Shown here: positions 11,216 to 25,994 of the stretch, in pieces
Layout: every line of letters begins with the position of its first letter
Position numbering within the stretch: position 1 is the stretch's first letter
Assembly (NCBI RefSeq): GCF_009914755.1
Contig: NC_060930.1
Reading direction: 5' to 3' (one strand)
DNA from: the human T2T-CHM13v2.0 reference genome, Homo sapiens
Length of the DNA: 64,000 nucleotides
Position numbers and translations under genes: made by a program
The notes under the pieces: generated by a model
What the model saw: the letters and a program-made list of their open reading frames with translations, nothing else
What the model was told of the DNA's origin: nothing
The model's database searches: none

Positions 11216-14200
11216 TGCATTCCACACACACGGTGGACCATTTCTCTTGATAGAGCAGTTTTGAAACACTCTTTCTGTAGAATCTGCAAGTGGATAATTG
11301 GACCTCCGAGAGGCCTTCGTTGGAAACGGGATTTCTTCATCTAAACCTACAGAGAAGTATTCTCAGTAACTTCTTCGGATGTGTGCATTCGACGCACAGA
11401 ATGGAACATTCCCTTTGATAGAGCAGTTTTGAGACACCGTTTTTGTAGAATTCCCAAGTGGATATTTAGAGCACTTTGAAGTCTCTGCTAGAAAAGGAAA
11501 CATCATCATGTAAAAAGTAGATAGAATCGTTCTCAGAAAGTGCTTAGTGTCGTGTGCGTTCAACTCACAGAGTTTAACGTTTCTTTTGATAGAGCGTTTC
11601 TGAAACACCCTTCTTGTAGTAGCTGCAAGTGGATATTTGGACCTATTGGAGGCCTTCTTTGGAAACGGGATTTCTTCATGTAACTCTAGATTGAAGAATT
11701 CTCAGAAACTCCTTTGTGATGTGTGCATTCAATTCAAAGAGTGAAACCTCTCTTTTCACAGAGCAGTTTTGAAACACTGTTTTTGTAGGATTTCCAAGGG
11801 GATATTTATAGCGCATTGAGCCTACGGCGGAAAAAGAAACATCTTCCTATAAAAACTAGACAGAATACTTCTCAGAATCTGCTTTGCGATGTGTGCGTTC
11901 AACTCACAGAGTAAAACTTTTCTTTTGATAGAGCAGTTTTGAAACACTCTTTTTGTAGTATTTGCATGTGTATATTTAGAGCGCATTGAAGCCCACAGTA
12001 GAAAAGGAAATAACTTCACCTAAAACCTAGACAGAAGCAATCTCAGAAACTACTTTGTGATGTGTACATTCAACTCACAGAGTGGAACTTTCCTCTTTAT
12101 AGAGCAGTGTTGAAACACTCTTTTTGTAGAAACTGCAAGTGGATATTTGGACCTCTTTGAGGCCTTCGTTGGAAACGGGATTTCTTCCTATAACCCTAGA
12201 CAGAAGAATTTTCAGAAACCTCATTGTGATGTGTGCGTTCATCTCACAGAGTGGAGTCTTCCGTTTGATAGAGAAGTTTTGAAACCCTGTTCTTGTAGGA
12301 TTTCCAAGTGGATATTTAGACCACTTTGAAGCCTATGATAGAAAAGGAAACATCTTCATGGAAAACATAGATAGAATCATCCTCAGAAACAACTTTGTGA
12401 TGTGTGCGTTGAACTCACCGTCTTTAACCTTTCTTTTGGTAGAGAAGTTTTGAAACACTCTCTTTGTAAAGTCTACAAGTGGATATTTTGAGCCCTTGGA
12501 GGCATTCTTTGGAAAAGGGAATGTCTTCACATAAAAGGCAGACGGAAGTGTTCTCAGAAACTGCTTTGTGATGTCTGTGTTCAACTCACAGAGTTTAACA
12601 TTTCCTTTGATAGAGCGGTTTAGTAACCCTCTCTTTGTAGAATTTGGAAGTGTATACTAAGAGCGCTTTGAGGCCTATGGTAGAAAAGGAAATATCTTTC
12701 CATAAAAGCTAGACAGAAGCAATCTCAGAAACTCCTTTGCGATGTCTGCATTCAACTCACCGAGTGGAACATTCCTCTTGAGAGAGCAGTTTGGAAACAC
12801 TCTTTCTGTAGAATCAGCTTGTTTGTATTTGGACCTCCTTGAGGCCTTCGTTGGAAACGGGTTTTCATCTTATAAACCCAGACAGAAGAATTCTCAGAGT
12901 CTTCTTTGTGATGTGTGCTTTCAACTCACCGAGATAAAGATTTCTCTTGATAGAGCAATTTGGAAACACTCTTTTTGTAGAATTTGCAAGGGTACATTGA
13001 GAGCGCTTTCAGGCCTATGGTAGAAAAGGGAATATCTTTCCATAAAAGGTAGACAGAAGCAATCTCAGAAACTACTTTGTGATGTGTGCATTCAACTCAC
13101 CGAGTGCAACGTTCCTCTTGACCGAGCAGTTTGGAAACATTGTTTCTGTAGAATCTGCAAGTGGATATTTGGACCTCTTTGAGGCCTTCGTTGGAAACGG
13201 GATTTCTTCCTATAAACCCAGACAGAAGAATTCTCAGAGACTTCTTTGTGATGTGTGAATTCAACTCACAGTGTGGATCCTTCCTTTTGATAGAGCAGTT
13301 TTGAAACCCTGTTTTTGTAGTATTTCCAAGCGGATATTCGGAACGCCTTGAAGCGTATGGTAGAAAAGGAAATATCTTCCCATAAAACCTAGACAGAACC
13401 AATCTCAGAAACGACTTTGTGATGTCTGCATTCAAGTCACAGAGTTGAACATTTCTCTTGATAGAGCAGTTTTGAAACCCTCTTTCTGAAGGATCTGCAA
13501 GTGGATATTTGGAACTCCTTTGGGTCTTCGTTGGAAACGGGATTTCTTCGTATAAATCTAGACAGAAGAATTCTCCGAAACTTCTTTGGTTGTGTGCATT
13601 CAAGTCACAGAGTGGAACCTTCCTTTGGATAGAGCAGTTTGAAACGCCGTGGTTGTAGTATTTCCAAGCGGATATTAGAGCGCCTTGAGGCCTATGGTAG
13701 AAAAGGAAATATCTTCCCATAAAACCTAGACGGAAGCAATCTCAGAAACTACTGTGTGATGGCTGCATTCCACACACACGGTGGAACATTTCTCTTGATA
13801 GAGCAGTTTTGAAACACTCTTTCTGTAGAATCTGCAAGTGGATAATTGGACCGCCTTGAGGCCTTCGTTGGAAACGGGATTTCTTCATGTTACTCTAGAT
13901 AGAAGAATTCTCAAACACTGCTATGTGATGTTTGCATTCAAGTCACAGAGTGCAACATTCCTCTTGGTAGAGCAGTTGGGAAACACTCCTTTTGTAGAAT
14001 CTGCAATGGGATATTTGGACTTCTTTGAGGCCTTCGTTGGAAACGGGATTTCTTCGTATGAATCTAGACAGAAGAATTCTCAGAAACTTCCTTGTGATGT
14101 GTGCATTCAACTCAGCGAGTGGCACCTTCCTTTGGATACAGCAGTTTTGAAACACTGTTTTTGTAGTATTTCCAAGCGGATATTTAGAGCGCCTTGAAGC

Positions 14201-17200
14201 CTATGCTAGAAATGGAAATATCTCCCCATAAAACCAAGACAGAAGCAATCTCAGAAACTAATGTGTGATGGCTGCATTCCACACACACGGTGGACCATTT
14301 CTCTTGATAGAGCAGTTTTGAAACACTCTTTCTGTAGAATCTGCAAGTGGATAATTGGACCTCCTAGAGGCCTTCGTTGGAAACGGGATTTCTTCATCTA
14401 AACCTACAGAGAAGAATTCTCAGTAACTTCTTCGGATGTGTGCATTCGACGCACAGAATGGAACATTCCCTTTGATAGAGCAGTTTTGAGACACCGTTTT
14501 TGTAGAATTCCCAAGTGGATATTTAGAGCACTTTGAAGTCTCTGCTAGAAAAGGAAACATCTTCATGTAAAAAGTAGATAGAATCGTTCTCAGAAAGTGC
14601 TTAGTGACGTGTGCGTTCAACTCACAGAGTTTAACGTTTCTTTTGATAGAGCGTTTCTGAAACACCCTTCTTGTAGTAGCTGCAAGTGGATATTTGGACC
14701 TATTGGAGGCCTTCTTTGGAAATGGGATTTCTTCATGTAACTCTAGATTGAAGAGTTCTCAGAAACTCCTTTGTGATGTGTGCATTCAATTCAAAGAGTG
14801 AAACCTCCCTTTTCACAGAGCAGTTTTGAAACACTGTTTTTGTAGGATTTCCAAGGGGATATTTATAGCGCATTGAGCCTACGGCGGAAAAAGAAACATC
14901 TTCCTATAAAAACTAGACAGAATACTTCTCAGAATCTGCTTTGCGATGTGTGCGTTCAACTCACAGAGTAAAACTTTTCTTTTGATAGAGCAGTTTTGAA
15001 ACACTCTTTTTGTAGTATTTGCATGTGTATATTTAGAGCGCATTGAAGCCCACAGTAGAAAAGGAAATAACTTCACCTAAAACCTAGACAGAAGCAATCT
15101 CAGAAACTACTTTGTGATGTGTACATTCAACTCACAGAGTGGAACTTTCCTCTTTATAGAGCAGTGTTGAAACACTCTTTTTGTAGAAACTGCAAGTGGA
15201 TATTTGGACCTCTTTGAGGCCTTCGTTGGAAACGGGATTTCTTCCTATAACCCTAGACAGAAGAATTTTCAGAAACCTCATTGTGATGTGTGCGTTCATC
15301 TCACAGAGTGGAGTCTTCCGTTTGATAGAGAAGTTTTGAAACCCTGTTCTTGTAGGATTTCCAAGTGGATATTTAGACCACTTTGAAGCCTATGATAGAA
15401 AAGGAAACATCTTCATGGAAAACATAGATAGAATCATCCTCAGAAACAACTTTGTGATGTGTGCGTTGAACTCACCGTCTTTAACCTTTCTTTTGGTAGA
15501 GAAGTTTTGAAACACTCTCTTTGTAAAGTCTACAAGTGGATATTTTGAGCCCTTGGAGGCATTCTTTGGAAAAGGGAATGTCTTCACATAAAAGGCAGAC
15601 GGAAGTGTTCTCAGAAACTGCTTTGTGATGTCTGTGTTCAACTCACAGAGTTTAACATTTCCTTTGATAGAGCGGTTTAGTAACCCTCTCTTTGTAGAAT
15701 TTGGAAGTGTATACTAAGAGCGCTTTGAGGCCTATGGTAGAAAAGGAAATATCTTTCCATAAAAGCTAGACAGAAGCAATCTCAGAAACTCCTCTGTGAT
15801 GTCTGCATTCAACTCACCGAGTGGAACATTCCTCTTGATAGAGCAGTTTGGAAACACTCTTTCTGTAGAATCAGCTTGTTTGTATTTGGACCTCCTTGAG
15901 GCCTTCGTTGGAAACGGGTTTTCATCTTATAAACCCAGACAGAAGAATTCTCAGAGTCTTCTTTGTGATGTGTGCTTTCAACTCACCGAGATAAAGATTT
16001 CTCTTGATAGAGCAATTTGGAAACACTCTTTTTGTAGAATTTGCAAGGGTACATTGAGAGCGCTTTCAGGCCTATGGTAGAAAAGGGAATATCTTTCCAT
16101 AAAAGGTAGACAGAAGCAATCTCAGAAACTACTTTGTGATGTGTGCATTCAACTCACCGAGTGCAACGTTCCTCTTGACCGAGCAGTTTGGAAACATTGT
16201 TTCTGTAGAATCTGCAAGTGGATATTTGGACCTCTTTGAGGCCTTCGTTGGAAACGGGATTTCTTCCTATAAACCCAGACAGAAGAATTCTCAGAGACTT
16301 CTTTGTGATGTGTGAATTCAACTCACAGTGTGGATCCTTCCTTTTGATAGAGCAGTTTTGAAACCCTGTTTTTGTAGTATTTCCAAGCGGATATTCGGAA
16401 CGCCTTGAAGCGTATGGTAGAAAAGGAAATATCTTCCCATAAAACCTAGACAGAACCAATCTCAGAAACGACTTTGTGATGTCTGCATTCAAGTCACAGA
16501 GTTGAACATTTCTCTTGATAGAGCAGTTTTGAAACCCTCTTTCTGAAGGATCTGCAAGTGGATATTTGGAACTCCTTTGGGTCTTCGTTGGAAACGGGAT
16601 TTCTTCGTATAAATCTAGACAGAAGAATTCTCCGAAACTTCTTTGGTTGTGTGCATTCAAGTCACAGAGTGGAACCTTCCTTTGGATAGAGCAGTTTGAA
16701 ACGCCGTGGTTGTAGTATTTCCAAGCGGATATTAGAGCGCCTTGAGGCCTATGGTAGAAAAGGAAATATCTTCCCATAAAACCTAGACGGAAGCAATCTC
16801 AGAAACTACTGTGTGATGGCTGCATTCCACACACACGGTGGAACATTTCTCTTGATAGAGCAGTTTTGAAACACTCTTTCTGTAGAATCTGCAAGTGGAT
16901 AATTGGACCGCCTTGAGGCCTTCGTTGGAAACGGGATTTCTTCATGTTACTCTAGATAGAAGAATTCTCAAACACTGCTATGTGATGTTTGCATTCAAGT
17001 CACAGAGTGCAACATTCCTCTTGGTAGAGCAGTTGGGAAACACTCCTTTTGTAGAATCTGCAATGGGATATTTGGACTTCTTTGAGGCCTTCGTTGGAAA
17101 CGGGATTTCTTCGTATGAATCTAGACAGAAGAATTCTCAGAAACTTCCTTGTGATGTGTGCATTCAACTCAGCGAGTGGCACCTTCCTTTGGATACAGCA

Positions 17201-20200
17201 GTTTTGAAACACTGTTTTTGTAGTATTTCCAAGCGGATATTTAGAGCGCCTTGAAGCCTATGCTAGAAATGGAAATATCTCCCCATAAAACCAAGACAGA
17301 AGCAATCTCAGAAACTAATGTGTGATGGCTGCATTCCACACACACGGTGGACCATTTCTCTTGATAGAGCAGTTTTGAAACACTCTTTCTGTAGAATCTG
17401 CAAGTGGATAATTGGACCTCCTAGAGGCCTTCGTTGGAAACGGGATTTCTTCATCTAAACCTACAGAGAAGAATTCTCAGTAACTTCTTCGGATGTGTGC
17501 ATTCGACGCACAGAATGGAACATTCCCTTTGATAGAGCAGTTTTGAGACACCGTTTTTGTAGAATTCCCAAGTGGATATTTAGAGCACTTTGAAGTCTCT
17601 GCTAGAAAAGGAAACATCTTCATGTAAAAAGTAGATAGAATCGTTCTCAGAAAGTGCTTAGTGACGTGTGCGTTCAACTCACAGAGTTTAACGTTTCTTT
17701 TGATAGAGCGTTTCTGAAACACCCTTCTTGTAGTAGCTGCAAGTGGATATTTGGACCTATTGGAGGCCTTCTTTGGAAATGGGATTTCTTCATGTAACTC
17801 TAGATTGAAGAGTTCTCAGAAACTCCTTTGTGATGTGTGCATTCAATTCAAAGAGTGAAACCTCCCTTTTCACAGAGCAGTTTTGAAACACTGTTTTTGT
17901 AGGATTTCCAAGGGGATATTTATAGCGCATTGAGCCTACGGCGGAAAAAGAAACATCTTCCTATAAAAACTAGACAGAATACTTCTCAGAATCTGCTTTG
18001 CGATGTGTGCGTTCAACTCACAGAGTAAAACTTTTCTTTTGATAGAGCAGTTTTGAAACACTCTTTTTGTAGTATTTGCATGTGTATATTTAGAGCGCAT
18101 TGAAGCCCACAGTAGAAAAGGAAATAACTTCACCTAAAACCTAGACAGAAGCAATCTCAGAAACTACTTTGTGATGTGTACATTCAACTCACAGAGTGGA
18201 ACTTTCCTCTTTATAGAGCAGTGTTGAAACACTCTTTTTGTAGAAACTGCAAGTGGATATTTGGACCTCTTTGAGGCCTTCGTTGGAAACGGGATTTCTT
18301 CCTATAACCCTAGACAGAAGAATTTTCAGAAACCTCATTGTGATGTGTGCGTTCATCTCACAGAGTGGAGTCTTCCGTTTGATAGAGAAGTTTTGAAACC
18401 CTGTTCTTGTAGGATTTCCAAGTGGATATTTAGACCACTTTGAAGCCTATGATAGAAAAGGAAACATCTTCATGGAAAACATAGATAGAATCATCCTCAG
18501 AAACAACTTTGTGATGTGTGCGTTGAACTCACCGTCTTTAACCTTTCTTTTGGTAGAGAAGTTTTGAAACACTCTCTTTGTAAAGTCTACAAGTGGATAT
18601 TTTGAGCCCTTGGAGGCATTCTTTGGAAAAGGGAATGTCTTCACATAAAAGGCAGACGGAAGTGTTCTCAGAAACTGCTTTGTGATGTCTGTGTTCAACT
18701 CACAGAGTTTAACATTTCCTTTGATAGAGCGGTTTAGTAACCCTCTCTTTGTAGAATTTGGAAGTGTATACTAAGAGCGCTTTGAGGCCTATGGTAGAAA
18801 AGGAAATATCTTTCCATAAAAGCTAGACAGAAGCAATCTCAGAAACTCCTTTGCGATGTCTGCATTCAACTCACCGAGTGGAACATTCCTCTTGAGAGAG
18901 CAGTTTGGAAACACTCTTTCTGTAGAATCAGCTTGTTTGTATTTGGACCTCCTTGAGGCCTTCGTTGGAAACGGGTTTTCATCTTATAAACCCAGACAGA
19001 AGAATTCTCAGAGTCTTCTTTGTGATGTGTGCTTTCAACTCACCGAGATAAAGATTTCTCTTGATAGAGCAATTTGGAAACACTCTTTTTGTAGAATTTG
19101 CAAGGGTACATTGAGAGCGCTTTCAGGCCTATGGTAGAAAAGGGAATATCTTTCCATAAAAGGTAGACAGAAGCAATCTCAGAAACTACTTTGTGATGTG
19201 TGCATTCAACTCACCGAGTGCAACGTTCCTCTTGACCGAGCAGTTTGGAAACATTGTTTCTGTAGAATCTGCAAGTGGATATTTGGACCTCTTTGAGGCC
19301 TTCGTTGGAAACGGGATTTCTTCCTATAAACCCAGACAGAAGAATTCTCAGAGACTTCTTTGTGATGTGTGAATTCAACTCACAGTGTGGATCCTTCCTT
19401 TTGATAGAGCAGTTTTGAAACCCTGTTTTTGTAGTATTTCCAAGCGGATATTCGGAACGCCTTGAAGCGTATGGTAGAAAAGGAAATATCTTCCCATAAA
19501 ACCTAGACAGAACCAATCTCAGAAACGACTTTGTGATGTCTGCATTCAAGTCACAGAGTTGAACATTTCTCTTGATAGAGCAGTTTTGAAACCCTCTTTC
19601 TGAAGGATCTGCAAGTGGATATTTGGAACTCCTTTGGGTCTTCGTTGGAAACGGGATTTCTTCGTATAAATCTAGACAGAAGAATTCTCCGAAACTTCTT
19701 TGGTTGTGTGCATTCAAGTCACAGAGTGGAACCTTCCTTTGGATAGAGCAGTTTGAAACGCTGTGGTTGTAGTATTTCCAAGCGGATATTAGAGTGCCTT
19801 GAGGCCTATGGTAGAAAAGGAAATATCTTCCCATAAAACCTAGACGGAAGCAATCTCAGAAACTACTGTGTGATGGCTGCATTCCACACACACGGTGGAA
19901 CATTTCTCTTGATAGAGCAGTTTTGAAACACTCTTTCTGTAGAATCTGCAAGTGGATAATTGGACCGCCTTGAGGCCTTCGTTGGAAACGGGATTTCTTC
20001 ATGTTACTCTAGATAGAAGAATTCTCAAACACTGCTATGTGATGTTTGCATTCAAGTCACAGAGTGCAACATTCCTCTTGGTAGAGCAGTTGGGAAACAC
20101 TCCTTTTGTAGAATCTGCAATGGGATATTTGGACTTCTTTGAGGCCTTCGTTGGAAACGGGATTTCTTCGTATGAATCTAGACAGAAGAATTCTCAGAAA

Positions 20201-23200
20201 CTTCCTTGTGATGTGTGCATTCAACTCAGCGAGTGGCACCTTCCTTTGGATACAGCAGTTTTGAAACACTGTTTTTGTAGTATTTCCAAGCGGATATTTA
20301 GAGCGCCTTGAAGCCTATGCTAGAAATGGAAATATCTCCCCATAAAACCAAGACAGAAGCAATCTCAGAAACTAATGTGTGATGGCTGCATTCCACACAC
20401 ACGGTGGACCATTTCTCTTGATAGAGCAGTTTTGAAACACTCTTTCTGTAGAATCTGCAAGTGGATAATTGGACCTCCTAGAGGCCTTCGTTGGAAACGG
20501 GATTTCTTCATCTAAACCTACAGAGAAGAATTCTCAGTAACTTCTTCGGATGTGTGCATTCGACGCACAGAATGGAACATTCCCTTTGATAGAGCAGTTT
20601 TGAGACACCGTTTTTGTAGAATTCCCAAGTGGATATTTAGAGCACTTTGAAGTCTCTGCTAGAAAAGGAAACATCTTCATGTAAAAAGTAGATAGAATCG
20701 TTCTCAGAAAGTGCTTAGTGACGTGTGCGTTCAACTCACAGAGTTTAACGTTTCTTTTGATAGAGCGTTTCTGAAACACCCTTCTTGTAGTAGCTGCAAG
20801 TGGATATTTGGACCTATTGGAGGCCTTCTTTGGAAATGGGATTTCTTCATGTAACTCTAGATTGAAGAGTTCTCAGAAACTCCTTTGTGATGTGTGCATT
20901 CAATTCAAAGAGTGAAACCTCCCTTTTCACAGAGCAGTTTTGAAACACTGTTTTTGTAGGATTTCCAAGGGGATATTTATAGCGCATTGAGCCTACGGCG
21001 GAAAAAGAAACATCTTCCTATAAAAACTAGACAGAATACTTCTCAGAATCTGCTTTGCGATGTGTGCGTTCAACTCACAGAGTAAAACTTTTCTTTTGAT
21101 AGAGCAGTTTTGAAACACTCTTTTTGTAGTATTTGCATGTGTATATTTAGAGCGCATTGAAGCCCACAGTAGAAAAGGAAATAACTTCACCTAAAACCTA
21201 GACAGAAGCAATCTCAGAAACTACTTTGTGATGTGTACATTCAACTCACAGAGTGGAACTTTCCTCTTTATAGAGCAGTGTTGAAACACTCTTTTTGTAG
21301 AAACTGCAAGTGGATATTTGGACCTCTTTGAGGCCTTCGTTGGAAACGGGATTTCTTCCTATAACCCTAGACAGAAGAATTTTCAGAAACCTCATTGTGA
21401 TGTGTGCGTTCATCTCACAGAGTGGAGTCTTCCGTTTGATAGAGAAGTTTTGAAACCCTGTTCTTGTAGGATTTCCAAGTGGATATTTAGACCACTTTGA
21501 AGCCTATGATAGAAAAGGAAACATCTTCATGGAAAACATAGATAGAATCATCCTCAGAAACAACTTTGTGATGTGTGCGTTGAACTCACCGTCTTTAACC
21601 TTTCTTTTGGTAGAGAAGTTTTGAAACACTCTCTTTGTAAAGTCTACAAGTGGATATTTTGAGCCCTTGGAGGCATTCTTTGGAAAAGGGAATGTCTTCA
21701 CATAAAAGGCAGACGGAAGTGTTCTCAGAAACTGCTTTGTGATGTCTGTGTTCAACTCACAGAGTTTAACATTTCCTTTGATAGAGCGGTTTAGTAACCC
21801 TCTCTTTGTAGAATTTGGAAGTGTATACTAAGAGCGCTTTGAGGCCTATGGTAGAAAAGGAAATATCTTTCCATAAAAGCTAGACAGAAGCAATCTCAGA
21901 AACTCCTTTGCGATGTCTGCATTCAACTCACCGAGTGGAACATTCCTCTTGAGAGAGCAGTTTGGAAACACTCTTTCTGTAGAATCAGCTTGTTTGTATT
22001 TGGACCTCCTTGAGGCCTTCGTTGGAAACGGGTTTTCATCTTATAAACCCAGACAGAAGAATTCTCAGAGTCTTCTTTGTGATGTGTGCTTTCAACTCAC
22101 CGAGATAAAGATTTCTCTTGATAGAGCAATTTGGAAACACTCTTTTTGTAGAATTTGCAAGGGTACATTGAGAGCGCTTTCAGGCCTATGGTAGAAAAGG
22201 GAATATCTTTCCATAAAAGGTAGACAGAAGCAATCTCAGAAACTACTTTGTGATGTGTGCATTCAACTCACCGAGTGCAACGTTCCTCTTGACCGAGCAG
22301 TTTGGAAACATTGTTTCTGTAGAATCTGCAAGTGGATATTTGGACCTCTTTGAGGCCTTCGTTGGAAACGGGATTTCTTCCTATAAACCCAGACAGAAGA
22401 ATTCTCAGAGACTTCTTTGTGATGTGTGAATTCAACTCACAGTGTGGATCCTTCCTTTTGATAGAGCAGTTTTGAAACCCTGTTTTTGTAGTATTTCCAA
22501 GCGGATATTCGGAACGCCTTGAAGCGTATGGTAGAAAAGGAAATATCTTCCCATAAAACCTAGACAGAACCAATCTCAGAAACGACTTTGTGATGTCTGC
22601 ATTCAAGTCACAGAGTTGAACATTTCTCTTGATAGAGCAGTTTTGAAACCCTCTTTCTGAAGGATCTGCAAGTGGATATTTGGAACTCCTTTGGGTCTTC
22701 GTTGGAAACGGGATTTCTTCGTATAAATCTAGACAGAAGAATTCTCCGAAACTTCTTTGGTTGTGTGCATTCAAGTCACAGAGTGGAACCTTCCTTTGGA
22801 TAGAGCAGTTTGAAACGCCGTGGTTGTAGTATTTCCAAGCGGATATTAGAGCGCCTTGAGGCCTATGGTAGAAAAGGAAATATCTTCCCATAAAACCTAG
22901 ACGGAAGCAATCTCAGAAACTACTGTGTGATGGCTGCATTCCACACACACGGTGGAACATTTCTCTTGATAGAGCAGTTTTGAAACACTCTTTCTGTAGA
23001 ATCTGCAAGTGGATAATTGGACCGCCTTGAGGCCTTCGTTGGAAACGGGATTTCTTCATGTTACTCTAGATAGAAGAATTCTCAAACACTGCTATGTGAT
23101 GTTTGCATTCAAGTCACAGAGTGCAACATTCCTCTTGGTAGAGCAGTTGGGAAACACTCCTTTTGTAGAATCTGCAATGGGATATTTGGACTTCTTTGAG

Positions 23201-23443
23201 GCCTTCGTTGGAAACGGGATTTCTTCGTATGAATCTAGACAGAAGAATTCTCAGAAACTTCCTTGTGATGTGTGCATTCAACTCAGCGAGTGGCACCTTC
23301 CTTTGGATACAGCAGTTTTGAAACACTGTTTTTGTAGTATTTCCAAGCGGATATTTAGAGCGCCTTGAAGCCTATGCTAGAAATGGAAATATCTCCCCAT
23401 AAAACCAAGACAGAAGCAATCTCAGAAACTAATGTGTGATGGC
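11216..23443 (+). repeat. HORs U5-U8, four 18-mers (starts 11216, 14273, 17330, 20387)
   Basis: Anchors 11363, 14420, 17477, 20534 and 23591 are each 3057 bp apart. Confidence 0.95.
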
Positions 23444-25994
23444 TGCATTCCACACACACGGTGGACCATTTCTCTTGATAGAGCAGTTTTGAAACACTCT
23501 TTCTGTAGAATCTGCAAGTGGATAATTGGACCTCCTAGAGGCCTTCGTTGGAAACGGGATTTCTTCATCTAAACCTACAGAGAAGAATTCTCAGTAACTT
23601 CTTCGGATGTGTGCATTCGACGCACAGAATGGAACATTCCCTTTGATAGAGCAGTTTTGAGACACCGTTTTTGTAGAATTCCCAAGTGGATATTTAGAGC
23701 ACTTTGAAGTCTCTGCTAGAAAAGGAAACATCTTCATGTAAAAAGTAGATAGAATCGTTCTCAGAAAGTGCTTAGTGACGTGTGCGTTCAACTCACAGAG
23801 TTTAACGTTTCTTTTGATAGAGCGTTTCTGAAACACCCTTCTTGTAGTAGCTGCAAGTGGATATTTGGACCTATTGGAGGCCTTCTTTGGAAATGGGATT
23901 TCTTCATGTAACTCTAGATTGAAGAGTTCTCAGAAACTCCTTTGTGATGTGTGCATTCAATTCAAAGAGTGAAACCTCCCTTTTCACAGAGCAGTTTTGA
24001 AACACTGTTTTTGTAGGATTTCCAAGGGGATATTTATAGCGCATTGAGCCTACGGCGGAAAAAGAAACATCTTCCTATAAAAACTAGACAGAATACTTCT
24101 CAGAATCTGCTTTGCGATGTGTGCGTTCAACTCACAGAGTAAAACTTTTCTTTTGATAGAGCAGTTTTGAAACACTCTTTTTGTAGTATTTGCATGTGTA
24201 TATTTAGAGCGCATTGAAGCCCACAGTAGAAAAGGAAATAACTTCACCTAAAACCTAGACAGAAGCAATCTCAGAAACTACTTTGTGATGTGTACATTCA
24301 ACTCACAGAGTGGAACTTTCCTCTTTATAGAGCAGTGTTGAAACACTCTTTTTGTAGAAACTGCAAGTGGATATTTGGACCTCTTTGAGGCCTTCGTTGG
24401 AAACGGGATTTCTTCCTATAACCCTAGACAGAAGAATTTTCAGAAACCTCATTGTGATGTGTGCGTTCATCTCACAGAGTGGAGTCTTCCGTTTGATAGA
24501 GAAGTTTTGAAACCCTGTTCTTGTAGGATTTCCAAGTGGATATTTAGACCACTTTGAAGCCTATGATAGAAAAGGAAACATCTTCATGGAAAACATAGAT
24601 AGAATCATCCTCAGAAACAACTTTGTGATGTGTGCGTTGAACTCACCGTCTTTAACCTTTCTTTTGGTAGAGAAGTTTTGAAACACTCTCTTTGTAAAGT
24701 CTACAAGTGGATATTTTGAGCCCTTGGAGGCATTCTTTGGAAAAGGGAATGTCTTCACATAAAAGGCAGACGGAAGTGTTCTCAGAAACTGCTTTGTGAT
24801 GTCTGTGTTCAACTCACAGAGTTTAACATTTCCTTTGATAGAGCGGTTTAGTAACCCTCTCTTTGTAGAATTTGGAAGTGTATACTAAGAGCGCTTTGAG
24901 GCCTATGGTAGAAAAGGAAATATCTTTCCATAAAAGCTAGACAGAAGCAATCTCAGAAACTCCTTTGCGATGTCTGCATTCAACTCACCGAGTGGAACAT
25001 TCCTCTTGAGAGAGCAGTTTGGAAACACTCTTTCTGTAGAATCAGCTTGTTTGTATTTGGACCTCCTTGAGGCCTTCGTTGGAAACGGGTTTTCATCTTA
25101 TAAACCCAGACAGAAGAATTCTCAGAGTCTTCTTTGTGATGTGTGCTTTCAACTCACCGAGATAAAGATTTCTCTTGATAGAGCAATTTGGAAACACTCT
25201 TTTTGTAGAATTTGCAAGGGTACATTGAGAGCGCTTTCAGGCCTATGGTAGAAAAGGGAATATCTTTCCATAAAAGGTAGACAGAAGCAATCTCAGAAAC
25301 TACTTTGTGATGTGTGCATTCAACTCACCGAGTGCAACGTTCCTCTTGACCGAGCAGTTTGGAAACATTGTTTCTGTAGAATCTGCAAGTGGATATTTGG
25401 ACCTCTTTGAGGCCTTCGTTGGAAACGGGATTTCTTCCTATAAACCCAGACAGAAGAATTCTCAGAGACTTCTTTGTGATGTGTGAATTCAACTCACAGT
25501 GTGGATCCTTCCTTTTGATAGAGCAGTTTTGAAACCCTGTTTTTGTAGTATTTCCAAGCGGATATTTGGAACGCCTTGAAGCGTATGGTAGAAAAGGAAA
25601 TATCTTCCCATAAAACCTAGACAGAACCAATCTCAGAAACGACTTTGTGATGTCTGCATTCAAGTCACAGAGTTGAACATTTCTCTTGATAGAGCAGTTT
25701 TGAAACCCTCTTTCTGAAGGATCTGCAAGTGGATATTTGGAACTCCTTTGGGTCTTCGTTGGAAACGGGATTTCTTCGTATAAATCTAGACAGAAGAATT
25801 CTCAGAAACTTCCTTGTGATGTGTGCATTCAACTCAGCGAGTGGCACCTTCCTTTGGATACAGCAGTTTTGAAACACTGTTTTTGTAGTATTTCCAAGCG
25901 GATATTTAGAGCGCCTTGAAGCCTATGCTAGAAATGGAAATATCTCCCCATAAAACCAAGACGGAAGCAATCTCAGAAACTAATGTGTGATGGC
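23444..25994 (+). repeat. HOR U9, 15-mer deletion variant
   Basis: 2551-bp spacing; junction at 25783-25803. Confidence 0.95.

Noticed and set aside
3057-17329. U2-U6 as a third copy of the 14,273-bp duplication
   Set aside because: The length pattern (15-18-15-18-18) is the same but the markers disagree: offset-2124 allele order is reversed, there is no lone gtgtcgtg allele, and U5/U6 are split haplotypes rather than B/B.
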